Below, piece after piece: positions 47,558 through 56,510 of a stretch of DNA of 64,000 nucleotides (position 1 is the stretch's first letter; every line of letters starts with the position of its first letter). The position numbers and the translations under genes are program-made. This stretch comes from Candidatus Nitrospinota bacterium M3_3B_026 (lineage in GTDB: Bacteria > Nitrospinota_A > UBA7883 > JBPRGF01). The stretch is from NCBI GenBank assembly GCA_051418015.1, contig JBPRGF010000017.1, forward strand, positions 192,001 through 256,000. Direction: 5' to 3'. Under the pieces are notes generated by a model that was not told the origin of the DNA, did not search any database, and saw nothing but the letters and a program-made list of their open reading frames with translations.

Positions 47558-48775
47558 ATGAGCCTGGACCTTGAGTTTCTGGTTTCCTTCGACAAAAAAA
47601 GGGTCAACAGGGACAGGTACGAGAGCCTGGAGGATTTCCTGGTCCGCCCCGTCCCCGTCAGGATGGGCCAGACCGTCGGCAGGGAGATTGAGTCCGGCGT
47701 GACGCATTCCGACGGGAGGAGAGGCGTGCGGCTGAAGCTCCCCGAGGACGCGCGGACAGCCGACATGCTGGGCGGGAATCTCTCGTTTTCCAAAGACAAT
47801 CCCGGCGATATCGTAAGCGGAATAAACGGCTATCTCCACGCCCGGGAAGGCCTTCTGGCCGTAAGCGACATCCTCGAGGTCTACGGCGACGTCGACTTCG
47901 GCGTGGGAGACATATCCACGGAGTCGGCTGTCAGGATTCACGGAGGTGTCACCGGTGGGCGCAAGGTGAGGTCGAAAGGCGACGTGGAGGTTCTTGGCCT
48001 TGTGGAGGAGGCGGAGATCAGGGCGGGCGGGAATGTCCACCTGAAGGGCGGTATGGCCGGGGCGGACAACAGCCTCGTCCTCGCCGGAAAGGACCTTTAC
48101 GCAAGCTTCGTCCAGCACGGGCGGCTGGAGGCGGAGGGCGACATAGTGGTGGAGGGGCCCATCATGGGATGCGACGTGAGCGCCTCCGGAAAGATCGTCC
48201 AGAAAGGCCGTGGCGCGCTCGTGGGAGGAGCCGCCAGGGCCATGGAGGAGATAAGCGCGAACAACGCGGGGTCGGAGGGAGCCATGCCCACGGAGATCAT
48301 CCTGGGTTATGACCCCTTCGAAAGCCGGCGCAAGGCGGCCGAGTTCAAGAGGCTGAACGATCTGAGAGAAGAGCTTGATACGAAGGAGAAGGAAGCCGCC
48401 TTCGCCGCCGCGTCCCTTGGGAAGCTTGCCCCCCCGGCGCTGGATGAGACTCTGCCAACTATTTTCTGGATGGCCGACACAGCCCGGGCTCCGGAGTTCG
48501 AAAACCTCCGCGACGAAACCAGGGAAAAGTTCAACCAGCTCGGGGCGACGCTCCTGTCCGTTGTCTGGATACGGGGGGAGCTGGAGCGCGTGGAAGACGG
48601 CGGTCCCGAGGAAGGCCACGGAAAAGCCTTCCACAACGCCTCCCTGAAAGTGAGCGGGATCGCCCATCCGGCGGTCAGGATATCCATCCTGGAAAAGTCC
48701 ATAACCCTTACGAAAGAATACGAGCGATCGCGATTTTCCTTGAAAGAGGGGAAGATCACGGTCTCGCCGCTTTGA
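47558..48775 (+). CDS. FapA/DUF342-family protein
   Basis: GDVDFGVGDI, repeated G.V.V.G beta-helix pattern, coiled coil, HPAV.I.I C-terminus. Confidence 0.85.
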   Translation: MSLDLEFLVSFDKKRVNRDRYESLEDFLVRPVPVRMGQTVGREIESGVTHSDGRRGVRLKLPEDARTADMLGGNLSFSKDNPGDIVSGINGYLHAREGLLAVSDILEVYGDVDFGVGDISTESAVRIHGGVTGGRKVRSKGDVEVLGLVEEAEIRAGGNVHLKGGMAGADNSLVLAGKDLYASFVQHGRLEAEGDIVVEGPIMGCDVSASGKIVQKGRGALVGGAARAMEEISANNAGSEGAMPTEIILGYDPFESRRKAAEFKRLNDLREELDTKEKEAAFAAASLGKLAPPALDETLPTIFWMADTARAPEFENLRDETREKFNQLGATLLSVVWIRGELERVEDGGPEEGHGKAFHNASLKVSGIAHPAVRISILEKSITLTKEYERSRFSLKEGKITVSPL

Positions 48776-48799
48776 GCGGACTCTGGAGGACAGCCTGAA

Positions 48800-49624
48800 T
48801 TGAGCACGTTCATCGGGATAATCACGGGCGGGGGGTTGCTCTTCTACGCCATACTCCTGCAGGGGGGCGCCGGGATATTCTGGAACCCTTCGTCCCTCAT
48901 GATCGTCTTCGGCGGCACGTTCGCCGCGCTTCTTATCTCTTACCCCCTCCCCAGGGTGATGCGGGTGGCGGGGGTTCTGCTCCAGATATTCAAAAGGGAG
49001 ATACAAAGCCCTTCGTGGGTAATAGAGCTGGTGGTGAGGCTCTCCTTCAAAGCGCGGCAGAAGTCGCTGCTGTCCCTGGAGGAGGACCTCAAGAAGATAG
49101 AGAACAGGCTCATGAGGATCGGCCTGGAGCTTGTCATAGACGGCCAGCCGGCGGGGATGATCCGCGAGGTGCTGGAGACGGAGCTCGACTTCGTCCAGGC
49201 GCGCCACAGGGCCGGCGAGCACATCTTCCGCAGCGCGGCGCGTTTCTCCCCCTCCTTCGGCCTGATCGGCACCCTGATAGGCCTCGTGGCCATGCTGCGG
49301 GGCCTCGGCGGGGATGACACGGCGGCGGTCGTGGGCCAGGGGATGGCGGTGGCGCTCATCACCACCTTCTACGGCGCCATGGTGGCGAACCTCTTTTTCA
49401 CCCCGGTGGCCGAAAAGCTCCGGTCCCGCTCGGACGATGAAATGCTGGTTAGCAGGATAATCATCGAGGGCGTGCTGATGATCCAGGGAGGCATGAACCC
49501 GAGGATCATCGAGCGCAAGCTGAACTCCTTCCTGCCGCCGGAGATGAGAGCCTCCCACTACGACAAGATACTCAAGGAGAGCAGGAAAAGAACCGCCCAG
49601 GCCGGGCGCCAGGGGAAACCGTAA
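48800..49624 (+). CDS. motA: Flagellar stator A subunit (MotA/PomA type)
   Basis: IVFGGT, PSFGLIGTLIGL, ALITTFYG, G.NPR. Confidence 0.93.
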   Translation: MSTFIGIITGGGLLFYAILLQGGAGIFWNPSSLMIVFGGTFAALLISYPLPRVMRVAGVLLQIFKREIQSPSWVIELVVRLSFKARQKSLLSLEEDLKKIENRLMRIGLELVIDGQPAGMIREVLETELDFVQARHRAGEHIFRSAARFSPSFGLIGTLIGLVAMLRGLGGDDTAAVVGQGMAVALITTFYGAMVANLFFTPVAEKLRSRSDDEMLVSRIIIEGVLMIQGGMNPRIIERKLNSFLPPEMRASHYDKILKESRKRTAQAGRQGKP

Positions 49625-49626
49625 AG

Positions 49627-50298
49627 ATGGCCAGGAAAATCAAACAATCGGATCTCGAAGACGCGAAGGCCGAAGGGGAGGACGAGAGCGGCTGGCTCAT
49701 CACCCTGAGCGACATGATGATGCTGTTGCTCACCTTTTTCGTGATGATCTTCGCCATCACCTCGCCCACCGACAAGAACTACATAGGGATGCTCAGGAAA
49801 ATAGGCGACGCCCTGGGCGGCAAATCGCTTGTCGAAAGGCAGGCGGCGCCCCTGGAGGATACAAGGGAGAGCATGGAGAAGTTCCTGGAGGACAACAACC
49901 TCGTAAACCAGATCAAGCTCACCTCCGACACCAGGGGGATCGTCCTTTTCGCCGAAGGGGACATGTTCTTCGCCCCAGGCTCGGCCCAGCTCAAGGAGGA
50001 GGTCAAACGCCTCCTGGGATACATCGCCAAAACCCTGAAAAAGACAAATTACAAGGCGCTGGTGGAAGGGCACACCGACGACACCCCCACCAGCGGACAG
50101 GTCTACCCCACAAACTGGGAGCTGTCCACGGCGCGGGCGGCGGCGGTGGTGAGGTATTTCATCGAAGAGGAAAAGCTGGAGCCGCGCCGGTTCTCGGCCG
50201 TCGGCTACGCCCAGTACAAGCCGCGGTACGCGCTGATACCCGAGAACAGGGCGAAAAACAGGAGAGTGGAGATCGTCATACTCCGCGAGGAGTTGTGA
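49627..50298 (+). CDS. motB: Flagellar stator B subunit (MotB/PomB type)
   Basis: WLITLSDMM.LLLTFF TM with catalytic Asp; OmpA-like GHTD, NWELSTARA, NRRVEI. Confidence 0.93.
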   Translation: MARKIKQSDLEDAKAEGEDESGWLITLSDMMMLLLTFFVMIFAITSPTDKNYIGMLRKIGDALGGKSLVERQAAPLEDTRESMEKFLEDNNLVNQIKLTSDTRGIVLFAEGDMFFAPGSAQLKEEVKRLLGYIAKTLKKTNYKALVEGHTDDTPTSGQVYPTNWELSTARAAAVVRYFIEEEKLEPRRFSAVGYAQYKPRYALIPENRAKNRRVEIVILREEL

Positions 50299-50328
50299 CG
50301 AAAACCGGCGTGTTGACGGAGACGCGAA

Positions 50329-50742
50329 GTGGCTGAAAATCGCGAAAAGCCCGGACCCGGAAAACAGGGCGGTGTCGACAAAAGGCAGTTTTTCAGGTTG
50401 GATTTCCCCGCCCCCGTCCGCTACCGCTTCGCGAAGAAGACCGCCCCCGGAGAGTACCGCGTATCCCCGTACTTCAAGGGCAAGGGGGTGAATTTCTCCG
50501 GCGGAGGCGCGGCCCTGAACGTCGGCAAGCCCCTCCCCCCTAAAACCCTCGTCCAGCTGGAGATGATATTCCCCTTCAGGGAAAGGCCCGTGATGGCCGC
50601 GGCGGAGGTTGTCCGAAGAGAGGCGGCGGAGCTGAAGGGACAGGCCGTCAGCCTGATAATGGTGAGGTTTCTCCTGATCGACGAGGCCGACCAGTCAAAG
50701 CTCGTAAGCTTTCTGATATCCCGTGGCAAGGTGGTCTCATAG
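50329..50742 (+). CDS. Single-domain PilZ protein
   Basis: RQFFR (RxxxR) and NFSGGG ((D/N)xSxxG) c-di-GMP motifs. Confidence 0.88.
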   Translation: MAENREKPGPGKQGGVDKRQFFRLDFPAPVRYRFAKKTAPGEYRVSPYFKGKGVNFSGGGAALNVGKPLPPKTLVQLEMIFPFRERPVMAAAEVVRREAAELKGQAVSLIMVRFLLIDEADQSKLVSFLISRGKVVS

Positions 50743-51951
50743 CCCGCCGCCGGCCATCCTGGTCATGTCCCACATCGGCAGGAAAACCGCCAGGGCGATG
50801 AAAAGGACGAGAAGGCCGAGCGAGACGACGAGCGCGGGCTCCATCCAGGCGACAAGGGACCTTATCTTGCGCCCCGCCTCCTTTTCAAAATAGTCCCGCG
50901 TCCTGTAAAGCATCTCGTCCAGAGCGCCCGACGCCTCCCCGGCCTCTATCATCCTGACGGCGACCGGCGGGGCCCCGGCGGCCCTGAGAGACTCGGAAAA
51001 CCCCGCCCCCTCGGCCACCCGCAGGGCGGTCTTTCTCATGGACGCGGCTATGTGGGCGTTGCCCGCCGCCCCAGCCGAGAGCTCGAGCGACTCGATGAGC
51101 GGCGCTCCGGCCCCCAGAAGATCGCCCAGCGCATTGGCCCACCTGGCCATCGCAAGATACATGATTATGCTTCCCAGCGACGGCGCCCTCAGGAGCATCC
51201 TGTCGGCCATGGCGGCCGCGCCCTCCATGGACGCAAGGCTCCTGAAAACCCCCCAGCCGAGGACGGCCACCGCCGCCGCCCACGGCCATCCACGGGTAAC
51301 GGCGCCGCTCACGGCGATGAGCGCCTCCGTGGGAAACGGAAGGGGCGCCTCGATACGTTCGAACACCAACGCGAACCTGGGGACCACGAACGCCAGTAGA
51401 ACAGCGGCGGCCACCGTGGCGGCGAGCAGGACTATCTTGGGATACCGGACCGCCTCCCGCGCCCTCTCCGCGGCCTCCAGGTCGCGTTCGAGCGAAAGGG
51501 CCAGCCTTTCAAGACAGGATTCCAGTCTCCCGGAGCTTTCCCCCGCCGCCACTATGGCCCTCTGAGCATCGGAGAAGATGTCCCCATGGCGGGACATGGC
51601 CGCGCTCAGCGCCTCTCCCTCTCCAACCCTCGCCCTGATGTCCGCGAGGGCTTTTCGCAGGGTCTCGTTCCCTTCCTGATCCCTCAGTATCTCGAGCGAC
51701 GATATTATGGGAACGCCCGCGCCCAGGAGGACGGCCAGCCTGCTGATGAACATTATCCGGTCGCGTGGTGAAACCCGGCGCCGGAGACCGAAAAGAGCGC
51801 CGCGGCCCGCGGTGAGGCGTTTTGTTATCCTCGAAGGGTAAAGCCCTCCCGCCACGAGCCGCCGGGCGGCGTCCTCGGCGGACTCCCCCTCCACGACGCC
51901 CCTGGCTCGCGCGCCCCTCTCATCCCTGGCGACGTATTTATAAGACGGCAT
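50737..51951 (-). CDS. PilC/GspF/MshG-family platform protein
   Basis: MPSYKYVA..G, AGVP, GESSG.L, YP, GEASGALD..L, EP, LPMW; start at ATG 51951. Confidence 0.92.
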   Translation of the reverse strand: MPSYKYVARDERGARARGVVEGESAEDAARRLVAGGLYPSRITKRLTAGRGALFGLRRRVSPRDRIMFISRLAVLLGAGVPIISSLEILRDQEGNETLRKALADIRARVGEGEALSAAMSRHGDIFSDAQRAIVAAGESSGRLESCLERLALSLERDLEAAERAREAVRYPKIVLLAATVAAAVLLAFVVPRFALVFERIEAPLPFPTEALIAVSGAVTRGWPWAAAVAVLGWGVFRSLASMEGAAAMADRMLLRAPSLGSIIMYLAMARWANALGDLLGAGAPLIESLELSAGAAGNAHIAASMRKTALRVAEGAGFSESLRAAGAPPVAVRMIEAGEASGALDEMLYRTRDYFEKEAGRKIRSLVAWMEPALVVSLGLLVLFIALAVFLPMWDMTRMAGGGL

Positions 51952-51959
51952 TTTTTCAA

Positions 51960-53573
51960 TCAGTCTGCTGGCGCCACCCGCGAGACCTCCTCGAAAGTCG
52001 TTATCCCCTCCCGGGCCTTTTCGAGGCCGTCCTCCAGGATCGTCCTCATCCCCTCCTCGCCGCGCGCAAGCCCCCTCAAGGCGTCCGGCGAGGCGCCGCT
52101 CATTATCAGCTCCCTTATCTTCTCCGTCGCGCCCATGAACTCGAACAGCCCGATCCGCCCCCGGTATCCGCTGCGCCTGCATTTATGGCAACCCTCGCCG
52201 CGGCCCGCGCATTCATCGCAAACCCTCCTGGCAAGCCGCTGGGCCAGCGTCCCGTTCAGGGTGGAGGCGAGCTGGTAGGGCTCCACCCCAAGGTCAAGCA
52301 TACGGCTCACGGCGGAGGCGGCGTCGGTCGTGTGCGTGGATGTCAGCACAAGGTGGCCCGTCATCGCCGCCTGGACGGCGATCCCCGCCGTCTCGGCGTC
52401 ACGTATCTCCCCCACCATGATTATGTCCGGGTCCTGGCGCAGAAGGGAGCGCAACCCCCGCGCGAAGGTGAGCCCGGCCCTGGGGTTCACCTGGGTCTGC
52501 CGCGCGTTCTCCAGCCGGTATTCCACGGGATCCTCGATGGTGACCGTCGTCTTGTCCTGTGAGCTGACGGCCTTCAGGGCGGCGTACAGGGTGGTCGTCT
52601 TACCAGCGCCCGTGGGGCCGCTGACTATGACCACTCCCTGGCGGCGCCTCAAGGCCGCCTCAAAGCCTTTGCGGGCGTGGCCCCGGAGGCCGGTCTCGGG
52701 AAGGCTCATGAGCGCGTCGCCGCGGTTGAGCAGACGGATCACCACGCTCTCGCCGTGTATCGTGGGGAAGGTGGAGACGCGGAACTCGAGCCGCCGGCCG
52801 TCCAGCGCCATCTTGAACCCGCCGTCCTGCGGCACGCGAGATTCGGCTATGTCCAGCCTGGCGAGTATCTTTATCCTGGAGACTATGGCGCTCTCCAGGT
52901 CCTTGGGTGGAGACGGCGCGGGAAACATCACGCCGTCTATGCGGTAGCGCGCCCTGAGATCGTCCTCCCCCGGCTCTATGTGAATGTCCGACGCCCCGTC
53001 GCGCGCGCCCTGGCGGATTATCGCCTCCACGACCCTTGCTATGGGCGCGCCGCCGTCCGCGCCGTTTCCATCCACGGCGCCGTAGCTTTCGACCCTTTCG
53101 GAAACCCGGGAAATCTCCCCTCCGGGCGCCGGCCCCAGTACGCCGTAATGGCGCTCGATGGCGCCAAGAACTCCGCTTTCGGTGGATATCACCGTCTCCA
53201 CGTCCGCCTTGAGCCGGGCGGATACCTCGTCTATGGCCGCCAGGTCCAGCGGGTCCGCCATCGCCACGAGAGCAGACCCGTTGGCGAGAGCCAAGGGAAA
53301 GAGCAGCCGCCTTCTGGCAAAAGACTCCGGTATCCGCCTCAAAAGCTCCGCGGGAGGGCAGGCCTCGTCCAGCTCCACGAACGGAGCGCCGAGCTGGCTG
53401 GAAAGAAAACGGGTGACCTCCTCTTCGGTCATCAACCCGAGGGAGACGATCGCCCTACCCAGCCTGACGCCGCGCGACCTGCTCTCCTCCAGGGCGGCGT
53501 CCAGCTGCCGCCGGGTTATGACGCCGGATTCAAGGAGCAGGGCGCCAAGATGTCTTTTCCCTCGGACTGCCAT
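51960..53573 (-). CDS. MshE/PilB/GspE-family ATPase with N-terminal MshEN domain
   Basis: HLGALLLESG and RLGRAIVSLG, ASDIHIEP, GPTGAGKTT, RQDPD, CDEC/CHKC. Confidence 0.93.
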   Translation of the reverse strand: MAVRGKRHLGALLLESGVITRRQLDAALEESRSRGVRLGRAIVSLGLMTEEEVTRFLSSQLGAPFVELDEACPPAELLRRIPESFARRRLLFPLALANGSALVAMADPLDLAAIDEVSARLKADVETVISTESGVLGAIERHYGVLGPAPGGEISRVSERVESYGAVDGNGADGGAPIARVVEAIIRQGARDGASDIHIEPGEDDLRARYRIDGVMFPAPSPPKDLESAIVSRIKILARLDIAESRVPQDGGFKMALDGRRLEFRVSTFPTIHGESVVIRLLNRGDALMSLPETGLRGHARKGFEAALRRRQGVVIVSGPTGAGKTTTLYAALKAVSSQDKTTVTIEDPVEYRLENARQTQVNPRAGLTFARGLRSLLRQDPDIIMVGEIRDAETAGIAVQAAMTGHLVLTSTHTTDAASAVSRMLDLGVEPYQLASTLNGTLAQRLARRVCDECAGRGEGCHKCRRSGYRGRIGLFEFMGATEKIRELIMSGASPDALRGLARGEEGMRTILEDGLEKAREGITTFEEVSRVAPAD

Positions 53574-53707
53574 GAAAAAGGTATTTCCCCCACCATGCCG
53601 ATTGCCGGGACGATCACAAGCGCGCTTATTCTACAAGGTCTCCCTGGCGCTATCAATAAGCATCGCCCCCCGGCCGGGAAAAAGCATGAAGATGTGAAAA
53701 AATATTA

Positions 53708-53735
53708 TTGACACGAGGTCCCCGAATTAGTATAT
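53708..53735 (+). promoter_or_regulatory. Sigma70 promoter of the cold-shock gene
   Basis: TTGACA-N16-TATATT. Confidence 0.65.
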
Positions 53736-53931
53736 TGGCGGCGCTTATTTTAGGGGCATCTCGCAACTGACTGTCTTTTATGGTATTAGCCTGCGCGAGG
53801 GGATCGGGCTATTCTTGTCCTGTTGCCCGGGCCATAAAAACAGGCGCTTGGCATCGGACGGGCGTGTAAAGTCGAGGCGAGACGCCGGTTGTTATCTCAG
53901 AGGTACAGGATGTAAAAGGGGGACGTGAAAG

Positions 53932-54135
53932 ATGGCTGTAGGGAAGGTCAAGTGGTTCAACAACGCCAAGGGTTTCGGTTTCATACGTGAAGACGGCCGG
54001 GAGGACGACGTTTTCGTTCATTACACCGCGATAGACGGTGACGGCTACAAAACACTGGAGGACGGCCAAACCGTTCAGTTCGAGATATGTGAAGGCCCCA
54101 AGGGGCTCCACGCCAAGAACGTCTTGAAGATTTAG
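53932..54135 (+). CDS. Cold-shock protein
   Basis: GKVKWFN..KGFGFI, DVFVHY, GPKG.HA.NV. Confidence 0.96.
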   Translation: MAVGKVKWFNNAKGFGFIREDGREDDVFVHYTAIDGDGYKTLEDGQTVQFEICEGPKGLHAKNVLKI

Positions 54136-54289
54136 GGGGGTTCGTCCTCCACCGCGCGTGGTCAGCGGGCCGCGCGCGGACCCGGGGGCCAGGGGCAGGC
54201 CCCGGAAGTTTACAGGATTCGCGCTGTTTTTAAGGCAGGCCTTCCGGGCCCGCTTTTTTTCTCGCGCGGACACGGCCCGGCCCGCGGAG

Positions 54290-56344
54290 CTATTCGGCTA
54301 TCTCGAGCTGGTAGAGCCTGTGCAGGCCTGTTATCCCCTTCAGCTCGAAGAACCCCAGGAAAACGGCGGTATAGTCCGGGTCTTCCCTGATCTCGTTGTA
54401 AGCCGGCTCCGTAAGCAGCACTCTGTTTTTATCCAACATCTTTTCAGGCTCGGCGCCTGGGTGGGCCTGGATCATGCTTTCCTTCGTGACACCTTCCACC
54501 CTGAATCCCATGTTCACCGCCACGCCTATGCGGTCGCCGCCGGGGCCGGCCCTGGTCTCGCCCACGTTCACGGCGAACCGCAGGTCCACCTTTTTTTTCC
54601 TGTCCGCCACCTGCGCGTTGCGGAAAGCCACCTCCCTCAGCAGCCGCAAGGCGACACGAACGGCGTTTTCCACCGAGTCGAAGGTCATCAGAAAGCCGTC
54701 GCCGGTGCTCTTGGTGAAGCGGGCTCCCTCGTCCCTGGCCGCGGGGACCGCTATGTTGTTGAGCTCATCCATGATCTGGAAAGCCAGATGGTCGCCGTAG
54801 GCGTCGGCGACGTCCGTGGACCGGCAGACGTCTATTACCAGTATGGCCTCCGTGAATATTCCCGCCTCGGCGCCAACGGCGCCTGTGACGGTGGCCGGAG
54901 CCCGATCCGTCCCCATCTCCGCGGCCACGTCCTCCACAAGCCATACCCTGCCGGTCTTCTCCTTCAATATCTGCAGGGCCAGGCCCTGTATCTCCGGATC
55001 CGCGTCCAGGGCAACCTCCTTGACAAGCGGCAGAGCGTCTTCCAAATCTACGCCCCCTATGGCCCTCAGCGCCTCGGCCCTTGTTCTGCTCTGTCCGTCG
55101 CGCAACATCGCCGAAAGCGGCCCGAGCGCCTCCGCGCCTCCTATGCGTGCCAGGGCGCGGGGGATGGCCCACTTGACCTCGCCGTCGCCCGTGAGCTTCG
55201 ATATGTAGGGAATGGCGCGCGGGTCACCGATAAGCCCAAGGGCGGTTATCGCCTTTTCCCGCACCCACCAGTCGCCGTCGTCCAGCAGCGCCACGAGCTT
55301 GTCGAAAGCAGCCTCGTCCCTGACCCTGCAGTAGAACTCCACCGCCGCCCTGCGGACGTACTCGTCGCTGTCGTTCAAAAGCTCCATAACCATGCGGCTT
55401 ATCTTCTCGCCCCCCAGCTCGCCCAGGGCCTCCGTGGCGCTCTCCCGCACCCACCAGTCGCCGTCCTTGAGCGCCCTCACCAGGGCGCTGGCGGTGCTCT
55501 CGTCCTTCAGCCCGTTCAATATGTCCACGGCGGCCCTGCGGACGTTGACATCGGAGTCCGCCAGCAGCTCTATTACGCGGGGGACAAGCCCGGCGTCCCC
55601 AATTTTTATTATGGCCTCGGTTGCCTTCTGGCGGACGACAAGGTCCGTATCCTTCACCAGTCTGAGCATCGGCGCGGCGTCCTGTGGCCCGCCAATCTCC
55701 CCCGTGGTCTGGATGACGGTTTTCATGGTGGACGGGTCGCGGTCCCGCAACGCCACCTCCCACAGCCTTGGCAGGACGGATCTGTCCTTCAGCCTGCAAA
55801 GCGCCTCCACCGCCTTGCGCTTTATCCAGGAGTCGTTGTCGTCGAGCAGGGGGAGGATGGCCTGAGCCGCCCCTTCGTATTTCAGCGACGAGAGGACGTC
55901 CATGGCGGTTTTTTTCACGTCCTTGCTGTCGCTTCTTATGTAGGGTATGACTTTCAGGGCAGTTGAGGCGTCCCCGAGCTCCACCAGGATGTCCCCGCAC
56001 ATCTTGCGGATCATGTGATCCGAGTCGTCTATGCGGCTTACCAGGGCCGGGATGGCCGCGGAGCCGCCGTATCGCTCGATCGTCTCCTTGAAAAGGTCCC
56101 GGACGCTCTCCTTGGTGTCTCCCAGGCCTTGTATGTAGGCCTCTATATGCTCTTTCTTGAAAATCTTCCTGAATATCCGGGCGGCATCGGCGTAGAGGAT
56201 CCTGTTGTAGCGAACCTCCTCGGCGACCATGGGAACAGGCGTCGCGCCGAAGGAGGCCAGACGATCCAGAAGCTCGTCGCGCTCTTTTCCCTCCGCCTTG
56301 GGAAACCTGGCCAGTATTCTCTTTATCCTGGACTTTTCAAACAT
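54290..56344 (-). CDS. HEAT-repeat protein fused to a class III adenylate cyclase
   Basis: Many LxDxxxxVRxxAxxAL repeats; C-terminal VIDVCRST, KSTGDGF, GDRIG.AVN.GFRVE; start MFEKS (ORF track 56389). Confidence 0.87.
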   Translation of the reverse strand: MFEKSRIKRILARFPKAEGKERDELLDRLASFGATPVPMVAEEVRYNRILYADAARIFRKIFKKEHIEAYIQGLGDTKESVRDLFKETIERYGGSAAIPALVSRIDDSDHMIRKMCGDILVELGDASTALKVIPYIRSDSKDVKKTAMDVLSSLKYEGAAQAILPLLDDNDSWIKRKAVEALCRLKDRSVLPRLWEVALRDRDPSTMKTVIQTTGEIGGPQDAAPMLRLVKDTDLVVRQKATEAIIKIGDAGLVPRVIELLADSDVNVRRAAVDILNGLKDESTASALVRALKDGDWWVRESATEALGELGGEKISRMVMELLNDSDEYVRRAAVEFYCRVRDEAAFDKLVALLDDGDWWVREKAITALGLIGDPRAIPYISKLTGDGEVKWAIPRALARIGGAEALGPLSAMLRDGQSRTRAEALRAIGGVDLEDALPLVKEVALDADPEIQGLALQILKEKTGRVWLVEDVAAEMGTDRAPATVTGAVGAEAGIFTEAILVIDVCRSTDVADAYGDHLAFQIMDELNNIAVPAARDEGARFTKSTGDGFLMTFDSVENAVRVALRLLREVAFRNAQVADRKKKVDLRFAVNVGETRAGPGGDRIGVAVNMGFRVEGVTKESMIQAHPGAEPEKMLDKNRVLLTEPAYNEIREDPDYTAVFLGFFELKGITGLHRLYQLEIAE

Positions 56345-56510
56345 TCGCCACGAAATCCCCCGCCCACGGACTCCGGCAAAGCCAGCCATGGGCCAGGAAG
56401 TTGAAAAAGGAAAGCCGCCGCAAAACTAACCCCCGCCGAATCAATACTATTCAACCCCAACGGCGGTGGGGTGTCAAGCTCTCTAAAACGCGAAACGGGG
56501 CTGAAAACCG

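Noticed and set aside
50737..52182. 481-aa extended PilC/GspF ORF
   Set aside because: The extension overlaps the ATPase gene; the family-typical start MPSYKY is at 51951
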